Shown in pieces: positions 10,544 through 19,159 of a stretch of DNA of 48,463 nucleotides. Both the position numbers and the translations under genes were made by a program. Source of the DNA: Desulfurococcales archaeon (GTDB taxonomy: Archaea; Thermoproteota; Thermoprotei_A; Sulfolobales; NBVN01); assembly GCA_027023255.1 (NCBI GenBank), contig JALVVU010000070.1, forward strand, positions 1-48,463, read 5' to 3'. Every line of letters starts with the position of its first letter. Within the stretch, counting starts at the first letter, position 1. The notes under the pieces are model-generated. The model was not told the DNA's origin. It did no database searches and worked only from the letters and a program-made list of their open reading frames with translations.

Positions 10544-11448
10544 CCTGCACCCACCTCTCTAATGTACTGAGCCTTAAACATCTTGATGTATATGTAGCCT
10601 ATGATCACAGATATCGCCGCTATTATTATGGCGTAAAGCGCTGCCACGCCGTAATGGTACAGCTCGGTCTGCTCGTAGTATGCCTCACCAGCGAGGACAG
10701 GGATATCTCTTCCAGCCAACACCATCACGACTCCGAATACCTGGAAGGCGAAGAGCGTCCTTATCAATAGGGCTGACTGTAAGCTGGGTTTAAGCATTGG
10801 GAATATTATATGCCTTAGCTTGACCCATGTGCTTGCTCCAAAGACTTCTGCCGCCTCTATATATTCCCTGCTTATCATTTGTAGTCCAGCGAAGATAATC
10901 ACGAAGACTATGGCTGTCGCCCTCCAGACCTCAGCAAGTACTATTGCTAGGAACTCCATGGCCCTATACTGGTAGCCGAAGAAATGTATGGGGGAATGAA
11001 TTAGCCCCGCGGCCATCAGGAACTTATTGAAGAACCCATTAGTTGACAGCATCGAGTACCATATCAGCCCACCCGCAACATCACTAATCGTTAACGGTAT
11101 TATGACTATGTAGAGCGCTAAGTCCCTCCCAACAAAGCTGGAACTAAGTAGCAGGGAGAGACCTAAAGCAATCATTACCTGAATAGGTATTATCACTGCC
11201 GCCAACATTAACGTGTTCTTAAGGGCTGCATAGAACAATGATTGAGGCGAATAGAGCAGGTAATTAATATGTGCTAAGGTGAAGTGCCCTCGACTATCTG
11301 TAAACGCCAGGATGATACCTTGTGTAAGGGGATAACCTATGAAAAAAAGGAGGTAGGAGAGGGCAGGTGCAATGAGGAAGTATGGGAGGTATCTCTCAAT
11401 AATGGAAAAGCTCTTTCGGTTTTGATCACTGCTATTCAAGGATTGCAC
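10540..11448 (-). CDS. Carbohydrate ABC permease (MalF type)
   Basis: AGLQMISREYIEAAEVFGAS EAA loop; start is probably GTG 11448 or TTG 11439. Confidence 0.95.
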   Translation of the reverse strand: MQSLNSSDQNRKSFSIIERYLPYFLIAPALSYLLFFIGYPLTQGIILAFTDSRGHFTLAHINYLLYSPQSLFYAALKNTLMLAAVIIPIQVMIALGLSLLLSSSFVGRDLALYIVIIPLTISDVAGGLIWYSMLSTNGFFNKFLMAAGLIHSPIHFFGYQYRAMEFLAIVLAEVWRATAIVFVIIFAGLQMISREYIEAAEVFGASTWVKLRHIIFPMLKPSLQSALLIRTLFAFQVFGVVMVLAGRDIPVLAGEAYYEQTELYHYGVAALYAIIIAAISVIIGYIYIKMFKAQYIREVGAG

Positions 11449-11452
11449 CCCT

Positions 11453-12793
11453 CTAGCCGGAGTCAGGAGGCGGTAATGGGGCACCCGTCTCCTTGAATAA
11501 TTTCATTAACTGCGGGCCCAGCTCGCTAAGTACCTTCTGGATATCCTCTCCCTGAAGCACTATCCTTCTGAAGGCAGTTATGTATATGCTCTTGAAGTCA
11601 CCGCTCTTGGACCCGAGGCTCGGGATCATGGCGACGAGGGCATTAGGTGCGTTAAGCTGGGCATTAACACCTTCAGCAAGAACCTTAAGCGCACCACTCG
11701 GGATGCTCTTGGAAGCCTCTTGAACCGTTGGGAAGAACCCTGTCTTCTTCAGCACCTCAACCTGAGTGCTTGGCTGTGTTAGGTAGTCAATGAGCTTCCA
11801 GGCCGCCTTCGGGTTGGGAGCGTTCTTCGGTATTGCTAAGCCAGCAACCACCAGTATGAAGCCCCTGCCCTTTGGGCCTTGAGGCACGGGCACAACCACG
11901 AACTGGTTAGGCTCCTGCTCGATAGCGTCCTTAATCCTTGCGGTGTGGTCCCACGCGATCCAGACCTGACCCTTCAGTAGCGGGTCAGCCATCGCGTCCC
12001 ATGTCGTGCTGGCTGGGTTCACGTACTGCCAGAGCTTCTTGAGGTACTGCCACATCTTAACGGCATCAGGACTGTCGAAGTTCTTGACCTGGGCACCAGT
12101 GAATGCTGGGTATAGGTACCCATGCAGGAACCTCACGAACAGGCCGTGTGGACCTGCGGGGAAGCCCAGCAACTTCTTGCCGGTCTTCTCGTAGAGGTTC
12201 TTAGCCCAAGCCAGTAGGGCGTCGTAGGTCCACTTACTAGTACCCTTGATGACGTCCTCCTCAGTAAGGCCCGGAGGCAGGTACTTGAAGGCCTTCTTAT
12301 TAATGACCATTACGTAGGTGGCGGTCATCCACGGTATGTATGCTTGGATACCATGGAGCTTCGCATAATTCATTAACACCTTCGGGAACGTCCTACCCGG
12401 TAGTGTGCCGAACTTACTTAAATCCATTAGATATCCCTTGGAGGCCATCATGTCTAAGTCGCCATGAAGATCACCAATTAGGCTTATCGTCACCTTACCT
12501 GCCTGCTCCTCCGACGTAATCCTAGTAATCATCTGGGAGTAGGACATGCCAACAAACTCCACATCAATTCCTGTTTTCTTTTTGAAGTCCGCTAGCAATG
12601 TTCCTTTAACGAATGATTGCTCCTCAGGAGGTACTAGCTGTGTTGACGCCCAGATTATCTTTGTTGGCCCGCGTTGCTGAGTAGTGTAGTACCAGTAACC
12701 CACCCCAGCCGCTATGACAATAACGATTATAGCCACTATAACTCCGGCTGCGGCCTTACTAATAGCTTTACGTGTATTACGGGACAATCTCAT
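11453..12793 (-). CDS. Carbohydrate ABC solute-binding protein with class III (prepilin-like) signal peptide
   Basis: RKA|IS followed by a hydrophobic stretch; GLAIPKNAPNPKAAWKLIDYLT; first gene of the operon. Confidence 0.92.
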   Translation of the reverse strand: MRLSRNTRKAISKAAAGVIVAIIVIVIAAGVGYWYYTTQQRGPTKIIWASTQLVPPEEQSFVKGTLLADFKKKTGIDVEFVGMSYSQMITRITSEEQAGKVTISLIGDLHGDLDMMASKGYLMDLSKFGTLPGRTFPKVLMNYAKLHGIQAYIPWMTATYVMVINKKAFKYLPPGLTEEDVIKGTSKWTYDALLAWAKNLYEKTGKKLLGFPAGPHGLFVRFLHGYLYPAFTGAQVKNFDSPDAVKMWQYLKKLWQYVNPASTTWDAMADPLLKGQVWIAWDHTARIKDAIEQEPNQFVVVPVPQGPKGRGFILVVAGLAIPKNAPNPKAAWKLIDYLTQPSTQVEVLKKTGFFPTVQEASKSIPSGALKVLAEGVNAQLNAPNALVAMIPSLGSKSGDFKSIYITAFRRIVLQGEDIQKVLSELGPQLMKLFKETGAPLPPPDSG

Positions 12794-12799
12794 GGTAGG

Positions 12800-13210
12800 T
12801 ACCTCTTAGGTAAAGGGTCTGTGCTTAGTATAAATATCTTTATATTCATCATTGAAACGTCAGAGGAAGTAAACATACTTTATTCTATTAACGCTTCAGA
12901 ATAAAGTTAAAATAGGGTTAAAAATTATTGTACGGTAATCTCTTGAATAATACGAATAGTCAATGATTAAATTAATCTAAAATTTTTACAACTTTTACTG
13001 CAATTGCTTCAGTAACTTAGTGAAATAATTATAATGAATTTAGGTGAGGATTATTCATGTTTTACGAGGCTAAATAGTGTATATGTGAAAAAAAGCTATC
13101 TAGTTAGGAGATATCTTACTTCTTATAGTAGTAGCGAAGGAGAATTTTGGGGCCTATTCAGTAGCTTATATTTACCATTAATTACTTACTTTGTTAAACA
13201 TATTTTATTT
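12800..13210. promoter_or_regulatory. AT-rich upstream region of the sugar ABC operon
   Basis: TTTATA box on - near 12829-12834; inverted repeat ACTTTATTCT-N11-AGAATAAAGT at 12877-12907. Confidence 0.55.
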
Positions 13211-13212
13211 AC

Positions 13213-13881
13213 CTACGGTAGGATTCCCTCAATACATTCGGGAGGTACGTACTCAACCACCCACACCGCCTTTGATGCTCTGCGGACGGTTAAGCCCTTC
13301 TTCCTTAGGCAGTCAGCGTTTATCTTTAGGACTACCACGTCGCTACCGTGTCTGCAACCTGTCTCATACGCGTCCTTGAGGTTTGATGTTAGGTGTACCC
13401 ATACCCTCCTACCGGGGAGTATTCCCTCATGCCTTATTCTTTGCCATGCCCTCGCCGTCGTTCCGTGGTATAGGGTCTTCACGTTCTCGTCAACAGCGTG
13501 CGTTAGGGTCACTTTAATGCTGTGCCCGTATCTTGCCCTTATCTTGTTTCCGCGGATCTCGAACCTTCCTTTAGGGTCTAGTTCGGCGACCGCACGTATG
13601 TGACGCTCAGTTACCCATGAGTATAGTTCCTTATTCCTCCATGCCTTAGTGATGCCCTTAACAAGTTCCTTAAGTGTGACCCACCCTTCCTTATCTAGCG
13701 TGAGTCCGGCTTCATGAGGTATGTGTCTGAGGAGGGCGCTCATTAGCTTGCTTAGTGCCACGCGTTGTCTGTTACTCATTAATGGTTCAGCATATCCAGC
13801 GCATTCCTTAGGATTTAAGGTGTACTTAACGTCAACGCCGTTCTCCACGCATGCGTATACGTACTTATCTTCCCCCAACAT
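13213..13881 (-). CDS. kptA: NAD-dependent RNA 2'-phosphotransferase (Tpt1/KptA)
   Basis: LSKxMSxLLRH, IRARYGHS, YHGT, VHLT; ATG at 13881 follows a GGTGA SD. Confidence 0.95.
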   Translation of the reverse strand: MLGEDKYVYACVENGVDVKYTLNPKECAGYAEPLMSNRQRVALSKLMSALLRHIPHEAGLTLDKEGWVTLKELVKGITKAWRNKELYSWVTERHIRAVAELDPKGRFEIRGNKIRARYGHSIKVTLTHAVDENVKTLYHGTTARAWQRIRHEGILPGRRVWVHLTSNLKDAYETGCRHGSDVVVLKINADCLRKKGLTVRRASKAVWVVEYVPPECIEGILP

Positions 13882-14041
13882 CACTTCACCCCAAGCAGCA
13901 GGAATTCTACTTGCCTTTTCACACATGACTTACCGTGACGTTAGTGTGTTGTGCCTTAACAGTATCCAGTTTCTATAGGGGGTAATAGCTCAATATAAGG
14001 AACCCACAGTCTTGAACAACGTTGAGGGAAAAAGGGTTTGG

Positions 14042-16378
14042 TTAGCTTAGTTCAACCGAGGATATAACCTTCATTGTGTTTAGGTCAACACTCTGCACTA
14101 ACGTCTGTGAGATGGCGTATAGGTAATCACCTATGTAGAGCGACCTGATGACGTCGAGGTGCCGTATTTTCCCAGCGACGCTGAGTTTGCCGCCATCGCT
14201 TATCCTTATTATGTATAGGTACCCGCTTACCTTGCCTTCACCATACACCCTCACGGGTATGCATAGATACCCTTTGGCCGGGTTTATTAGGAATGCCTTG
14301 TGATCCCATAACACTTGGGAGGTGCTCCACCCTCCCCGGATTTTAATCACTGATGTTTCTGTTATGTTCTTGGGGTTGCTTACGTCGTAGAGGGAGATCT
14401 TCAGGCCCCTTATCCTTCCGTTTTCGTCAGCGTCTAAGCCGACACCTATTAGGTAGTGGTCCTTGTATGGGTGTAGGTACTCAGAGAATCCGGGCATCTT
14501 CACGAACCCTATTACCTTGGGGTTCCTCGGATCGCTGAGGTCTATAGCGAAGAGTGGGTCGGTTCTTCTGTATGTCACGAGGTATAGGTACTTACCCACA
14601 TACCTAGCGGCGTAGACCCTCTCGCCTGGTTCCAGCCCCTCCAACTTACCCACGATCTTGAGGTTGGATGCGTTCAGCACGTACACGTTATTTACGTCCT
14701 CATAGACAGGTATGACTGTGGGAACAATGTTGCCGGAGTACCCGGCAATCCTGAATTCCTTTATCATTGTCGCTGTGGTTGCTACTCTGAAGTACCCGTC
14801 ACGTTCATCCATAGCGAATTGATCCAGCACCCTTCCGCTGACTTTTGCATGCGCTACCATTGCCGCAGTTAATCCTTCTAGCTTAAGCCTGAAGACGTGC
14901 GTCACTGTTAGCGGTCTTCCAGTGATGTTCTTTTCTAGGTACTCGTACACGCTCGTGAATATCTTGATTAGGTCCTCCTTAGGTGCGCTCCTCATGTACT
15001 CCTCCAATACGTTCCCTGCCTTCGCTAGCCTAACGTAGATTGGCAGTGACGTGTTGGATAGAGTCGCATTTATCCTGACGACCACGTCATGCGGGAGGTT
15101 GGGAAGCACCGCGTTCTTGATTACATCGAGCATTATTTCGTAGTATGACCACCGGCTTGAGAGCAGGTATATCGACTCCTTACTAACGTATACTCTGTCA
15201 GGGTAAGGCATGACATATGCTTTCGCATCGAAGTTTCCATCACTTAGGCTTAGGCCGGCCACGACGACGTACCCGTTATTGTAGGGCATTACGTCCTTGA
15301 GTGACACGTACATAATCTTGTTAGGCGGCATTACCTTGCCGTTAACGGCTGGAACCACTACTGAGGATTCTCCCTCCTCCCGACCGTAGAGAGGTATGAT
15401 GAAGTTGTTGCGAATGACCGTTACTACGTACACCTTATCCCCTATCATCCTGGCGGCCAGTACCCACCCACTTACGCTGTCCTTATACTTCAGAACTGGT
15501 TCCTCGTGGTTGCTCACGTCGTAAACTAACACTGTGGTGTTCTGGACCGGCTTAATCACGGGTATTGGGGGCGCGGGCGCCCTGGTCGTGGTTACGGTTA
15601 CCGTGGTTGTTGCCGGTGTTGAGGACGTTACTGTGTACTTAAGCACCCTGTAATACGTGGTGCTACTGTTAATCACCACTAATCGATTGTTATTTATGAA
15701 TATCCCGTTCACGCTACCCAGCACTTCGACCTTGGACACTAGCTTCATATTGCTGGGCGGGTACGCGAGTATTATGTAGATGGGTGTTCTCTGAATATAG
15801 ATTTCCTTCCCGTTCAACCGTGTCTTGATGAGGCTCGGTCTCCCAACTAGGTATATGTACCTGCCGTCAGTCTTCACGATGTCAGCCTCATCTACCCCAG
15901 CTACCTGGACGTTCGTGTGTGAGTACTCAGGTGTCGAACTCCCTGTACTGGCCGTGGTGGTGGCTGTTACCGTGGTGACGAGGGGTGTCGTTGCGAGTGC
16001 CGGCACTTTAATCCCTGCCTGAACCATTTCCGCATACACTGCTGCGCCACCAAGTGGGTAGTATTGCGTTAAGCCGCTACTGACGATGTTCGCTAGTTCC
16101 TCGTAGCTCTTTATGGGCTTCACGAATGACGCGTCACCTGCGTTGCTTGATGGCTTTGTGCTCGTTGTTGTGGTCGTGCTTGGGTGGGTATGAGTTGTTG
16201 TTGAGTTACTTAGTGCCGTGGTTATACTTGTTGTTGTGGTTGTCGGCATATGCTCCTGCATCGTGATGGTTAGTAAGGCTGTGAGACCAGCTAGTAATAT
16301 GAGTGCAAGTATGAGTGTTGCTGAGAGCTTCCCCGTCCTTAGCTTGGAGCGTACTTTATTCATCACGGTGTCCTTCAC
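14042..16378 (-). CDS. Membrane-anchored/secreted beta-propeller domain protein (Beta_propel family)
   Basis: N-terminal TM, Thr-rich linkers, YSxTNVQVxGVDEADIVKTDG, DQFAMDE, TDPLFxIDL, PGFSEYLHP. Confidence 0.9.
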   Translation of the reverse strand: MKDTVMNKVRSKLRTGKLSATLILALILLAGLTALLTITMQEHMPTTTTTSITTALSNSTTTHTHPSTTTTTSTKPSSNAGDASFVKPIKSYEELANIVSSGLTQYYPLGGAAVYAEMVQAGIKVPALATTPLVTTVTATTTASTGSSTPEYSHTNVQVAGVDEADIVKTDGRYIYLVGRPSLIKTRLNGKEIYIQRTPIYIILAYPPSNMKLVSKVEVLGSVNGIFINNNRLVVINSSTTYYRVLKYTVTSSTPATTTVTVTTTRAPAPPIPVIKPVQNTTVLVYDVSNHEEPVLKYKDSVSGWVLAARMIGDKVYVVTVIRNNFIIPLYGREEGESSVVVPAVNGKVMPPNKIMYVSLKDVMPYNNGYVVVAGLSLSDGNFDAKAYVMPYPDRVYVSKESIYLLSSRWSYYEIMLDVIKNAVLPNLPHDVVVRINATLSNTSLPIYVRLAKAGNVLEEYMRSAPKEDLIKIFTSVYEYLEKNITGRPLTVTHVFRLKLEGLTAAMVAHAKVSGRVLDQFAMDERDGYFRVATTATMIKEFRIAGYSGNIVPTVIPVYEDVNNVYVLNASNLKIVGKLEGLEPGERVYAARYVGKYLYLVTYRRTDPLFAIDLSDPRNPKVIGFVKMPGFSEYLHPYKDHYLIGVGLDADENGRIRGLKISLYDVSNPKNITETSVIKIRGGWSTSQVLWDHKAFLINPAKGYLCIPVRVYGEGKVSGYLYIIRISDGGKLSVAGKIRHLDVIRSLYIGDYLYAISQTLVQSVDLNTMKVISSVELS

Positions 16379-16461
16379 CGTGGTCTTACCGAACCCGTTT
16401 TAGAAGTACCTTAAGAATAGAACAGTTGTTCGAACATAGTGCGAGATTCTCGAACGCCGGG

Positions 16462-17298
16462 CTAGAAGGCGGGGACGCATTCGGCTCCCGTGTCAGTGCA
16501 TGCCTTCCTCACCACATCCCTTACCGACTGGAGCCATGCCTTACTCCTTGCCTTGTTAATCACGTCATTTGGGTTTAGTCCTATGGTTCTTAGGGCTTGG
16601 CTTAACGTCTTAAGTATCTGGGGCTTCAGCCTTAGGGGATCATGGATTAGTAGTGAGCCTGTATCCGCCGCTAGCTCGGCGACGTTTCTCACACTAACGT
16701 AGTCGTCATTAACCCCAGGTATTATAGGGCCTAGGAAGAGCCATGTGGTTATTCCTGATGTGGAGAGTTCTCTTAGTGCCTTAGCCCTTTCTGAGGGTAG
16801 GGGCGCGCCCGGCTCTATGATGGCTGCCACCTCGTCTCTCAGTGTTGTTATCGTTAATCCTACCTCGACGCGGTCCCGCCACCGCTTTAGGATGTCGATG
16901 TCCCTAAGTACTAGAGGTGACTTCGTCTGTAGGTCGACCTTGAAGCCTGCTCGGAGTAGGATCTTCAGCGATTCTCTGCTGAGGTGTTGGGACGCTTCAA
17001 TCGGTTGGTACGGATCTGTTATGGTTGCTAGGCCCACCACGCCTGGCTTAAGCCTGCCCGCATCCTTGATCAGCACGTCTATTAAGTTGACGCGTATCTT
17101 GACTACCGAGCCCCACTCCCTAGCCACTTCAGCGTCCTTCACGTATGCGCGGGCGTAGCAGTAGGTGCATCCGTGCGCGCACCCTACGTAAGGGTTTAAC
17201 GCGTAGTCTATGTCTGGGAGGCCTGAGGGGGTTAATGCCCTGGACGTCTTAGTGAATGAGTACCTAATGAAGGTGGGCTTAGTGGTGCTTAACCGCAT
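16462..17298 (-). CDS. Radical SAM protein, spore-photoproduct-lyase-like family
   Basis: NPYVGCAHGCTYCYA, TDPYQPIE, TKSPLVLRD, GPIIPG. Confidence 0.9.
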   Translation of the reverse strand: MRLSTTKPTFIRYSFTKTSRALTPSGLPDIDYALNPYVGCAHGCTYCYARAYVKDAEVAREWGSVVKIRVNLIDVLIKDAGRLKPGVVGLATITDPYQPIEASQHLSRESLKILLRAGFKVDLQTKSPLVLRDIDILKRWRDRVEVGLTITTLRDEVAAIIEPGAPLPSERAKALRELSTSGITTWLFLGPIIPGVNDDYVSVRNVAELAADTGSLLIHDPLRLKPQILKTLSQALRTIGLNPNDVINKARSKAWLQSVRDVVRKACTDTGAECVPAF

Positions 17299-18529
17299 AC
17301 TCGTCGAGCCTCCTATTCCTTAATAGCTTACTCAGTATGGCTGACCTCCTAACCCACACGTTGAGGGGTACCTTAGTTAAGTTCTTGATGTCACGCAGTA
17401 GTTCCTCTAGTCTTGAGAAGCGTTTGGGCTTGCCCCGGAACAGTGCCCGGAGGTTCTCCCTAACATACCACACACCTATGGGGAGGTTGAAGCCAGGGTA
17501 GATTTCCCGGTACAGTACGGCCATCCCCTTCCTCCGTGTGCGGAGCATGAATTCCGCCGTGGCTAGCCTAGCGGCGTAGTAGCACCCGCCTATTGAGGCG
17601 TACTCGCTCCTGCCGCCGGGCCCCTCCCAATCGCCTTCCAAGCTAACCGTGGTTCCGTTGGGGTTCCATGTGGAGCCGGGGAACCATGCCTCCATCCACT
17701 CGAAGCTCCACTGACCTGGAATGATTATCGCTATGAATAGGTTCCTTGCGTGCTCCCTGATGAAGAGGAGGTACTCGCCGAATTCAGGCAGTTCCTTAAC
17801 GATCCTGACTAAGTGTCTTGACACGGTGTCGTCAACGGCCGTTATCGCCCAGCGTGTTGGCACTAAACGCCTCCTCCTGCCAGTGCCTAACGCCCCGACC
17901 GACAAAGCCTTCTGTATGCTTGACACGGGTAAGCCGCTCCTGTACAACTCGATAATGGCGTCCGTAGCCTTTAGGTCCGTGTCGTAGTACGCCTTACTCA
18001 ACGGTTTCGGGAAACGCGCATTACCAACAACTCTGAACTGCTTGGCGGGGGCCCTAGGCCCCATGGGCGGGGTTTCAGGGGCTAGGAGAGGCTCAGGTCT
18101 CGGGGGCTTAAGGAACTCCACCTCTATCTCCACGGGCTTCTCGGAGAGCGCCACTTCCTGAACCTTCATTACGGTGGGGGACCACGCGTTCTTCACGTTA
18201 ACTACTCCGTAGCCCCTGACTAGGGACAGCCTCATCGCTAGGACATCCTCTAGCTTAAGGTTGAGCCACGCTTCAGGCAGGTCATACGTGGAGGTGTCAC
18301 CCCTTAAGGGCGGCGCGGACGGACCTAACGCGACCTTAGGGTACCCGAACCTACCCACGAAAACCGATGGGGGTGAGGACCCAAATAACGAGTCCTTAGG
18401 GAGTCTTGAGGGTGCCTTAAGCACCGATAAGGTAACCGCTGCCCTAGCCCTAGCGAGTATGGGGCAGTAAGGCTTACCGCATAAGTACTTAGCACCCCTG
18501 CACAGGAGGCAGATGCTGGCGCTCACCAT
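17279..18529 (-). CDS. nreA: Archaeal Nre DNA repair protein
   Basis: N-terminal CxxC..C..C, GSSPPSVFVG, LVPTRWAITAVD, GGCYYAARL, C-terminal PIP-like motif; ATG at 18529 is the likely start. Confidence 0.92.
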   Translation of the reverse strand: MVSASICLLCRGAKYLCGKPYCPILARARAAVTLSVLKAPSRLPKDSLFGSSPPSVFVGRFGYPKVALGPSAPPLRGDTSTYDLPEAWLNLKLEDVLAMRLSLVRGYGVVNVKNAWSPTVMKVQEVALSEKPVEIEVEFLKPPRPEPLLAPETPPMGPRAPAKQFRVVGNARFPKPLSKAYYDTDLKATDAIIELYRSGLPVSSIQKALSVGALGTGRRRRLVPTRWAITAVDDTVSRHLVRIVKELPEFGEYLLFIREHARNLFIAIIIPGQWSFEWMEAWFPGSTWNPNGTTVSLEGDWEGPGGRSEYASIGGCYYAARLATAEFMLRTRRKGMAVLYREIYPGFNLPIGVWYVRENLRALFRGKPKRFSRLEELLRDIKNLTKVPLNVWVRRSAILSKLLRNRRLDEYAVKHH

Positions 18530-18850
18530 GACCCAGTACCGCTCCCTGAGTAGTACTTGGTTAGGAGAGAAATAAGAGCGCATTCCTCCCATCACAATAC
18601 TTTAGAGGTAGCCCTTTGGTGCGGGTCCATTAGCTTCGCACCCCATGGAGCTCCGGTCGAGGGAAACGCCACGCCCCTCCCACCTAAGGGATGGGTACCT
18701 CACCATAAAGCAGGGTCATAGTATCCGCACGTCACGATCCTCACCAATACTTAGAGAACGTTTGAAAGCATTGTTAAAGTAGGAGCAACCTCAGCATACG
18801 ATAAGGGGTTATGGGGAAAAAGAGAGTGATGTTTAGGTGTCGCTAGCACC

Positions 18851-19033
18851 TTAGTCCTGCACTGTTATGGCACCCTCTGGGCAGACGGACTCGCAGACCC
18901 TGCAGCCAATGCAGGCGTCCGGGTTCACTACCTTCGCCTTACCTCCCTGAATCTCAAGCACGCCTTGAGGACAAGATGACGCGCAGGTTCCACATCCAGT
19001 GCACTTCGCCTCATCCACTATGGGCTTGGGCAT
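18851..19033 (-). CDS. 2x[4Fe-4S] ferredoxin
   Basis: Two CxxCxxCxxxCP motifs in 60 aa; GGGGGTG SD; downstream T-tract. Confidence 0.96.
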   Translation of the reverse strand: MPKPIVDEAKCTGCGTCASSCPQGVLEIQGGKAKVVNPDACIGCRVCESVCPEGAITVQD

Positions 19034-19159
19034 TGTTCACACCCCCAATACGAGACTTCGTCATCTAGTACATGATGCATATAAATAAATGTCTTACTAC
19101 GACCCCTACACTTAAAACAATTTTAACTACGTTCCCGTAAAACATACACACGATAATAC

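Noticed and set aside
12826-12858. Sequence ending ATTGAAAC beside an AT-rich tract, like a CRISPR repeat and leader
   Set aside because: Single copy, no spacer periodicity, no cas genes
13034-13603. 189-aa + strand ORF
   Set aside because: Mostly antisense to kptA; the first part is AT-rich non-coding-like sequence
15570-16245. GTT/GGT-rich quasi-repeats
   Set aside because: Explained by Thr-rich linkers of the beta-propeller protein
18745-18768. ..GAGAACGTTTGAAAG resembling a crenarchaeal CRISPR repeat end
   Set aside because: Not repeated
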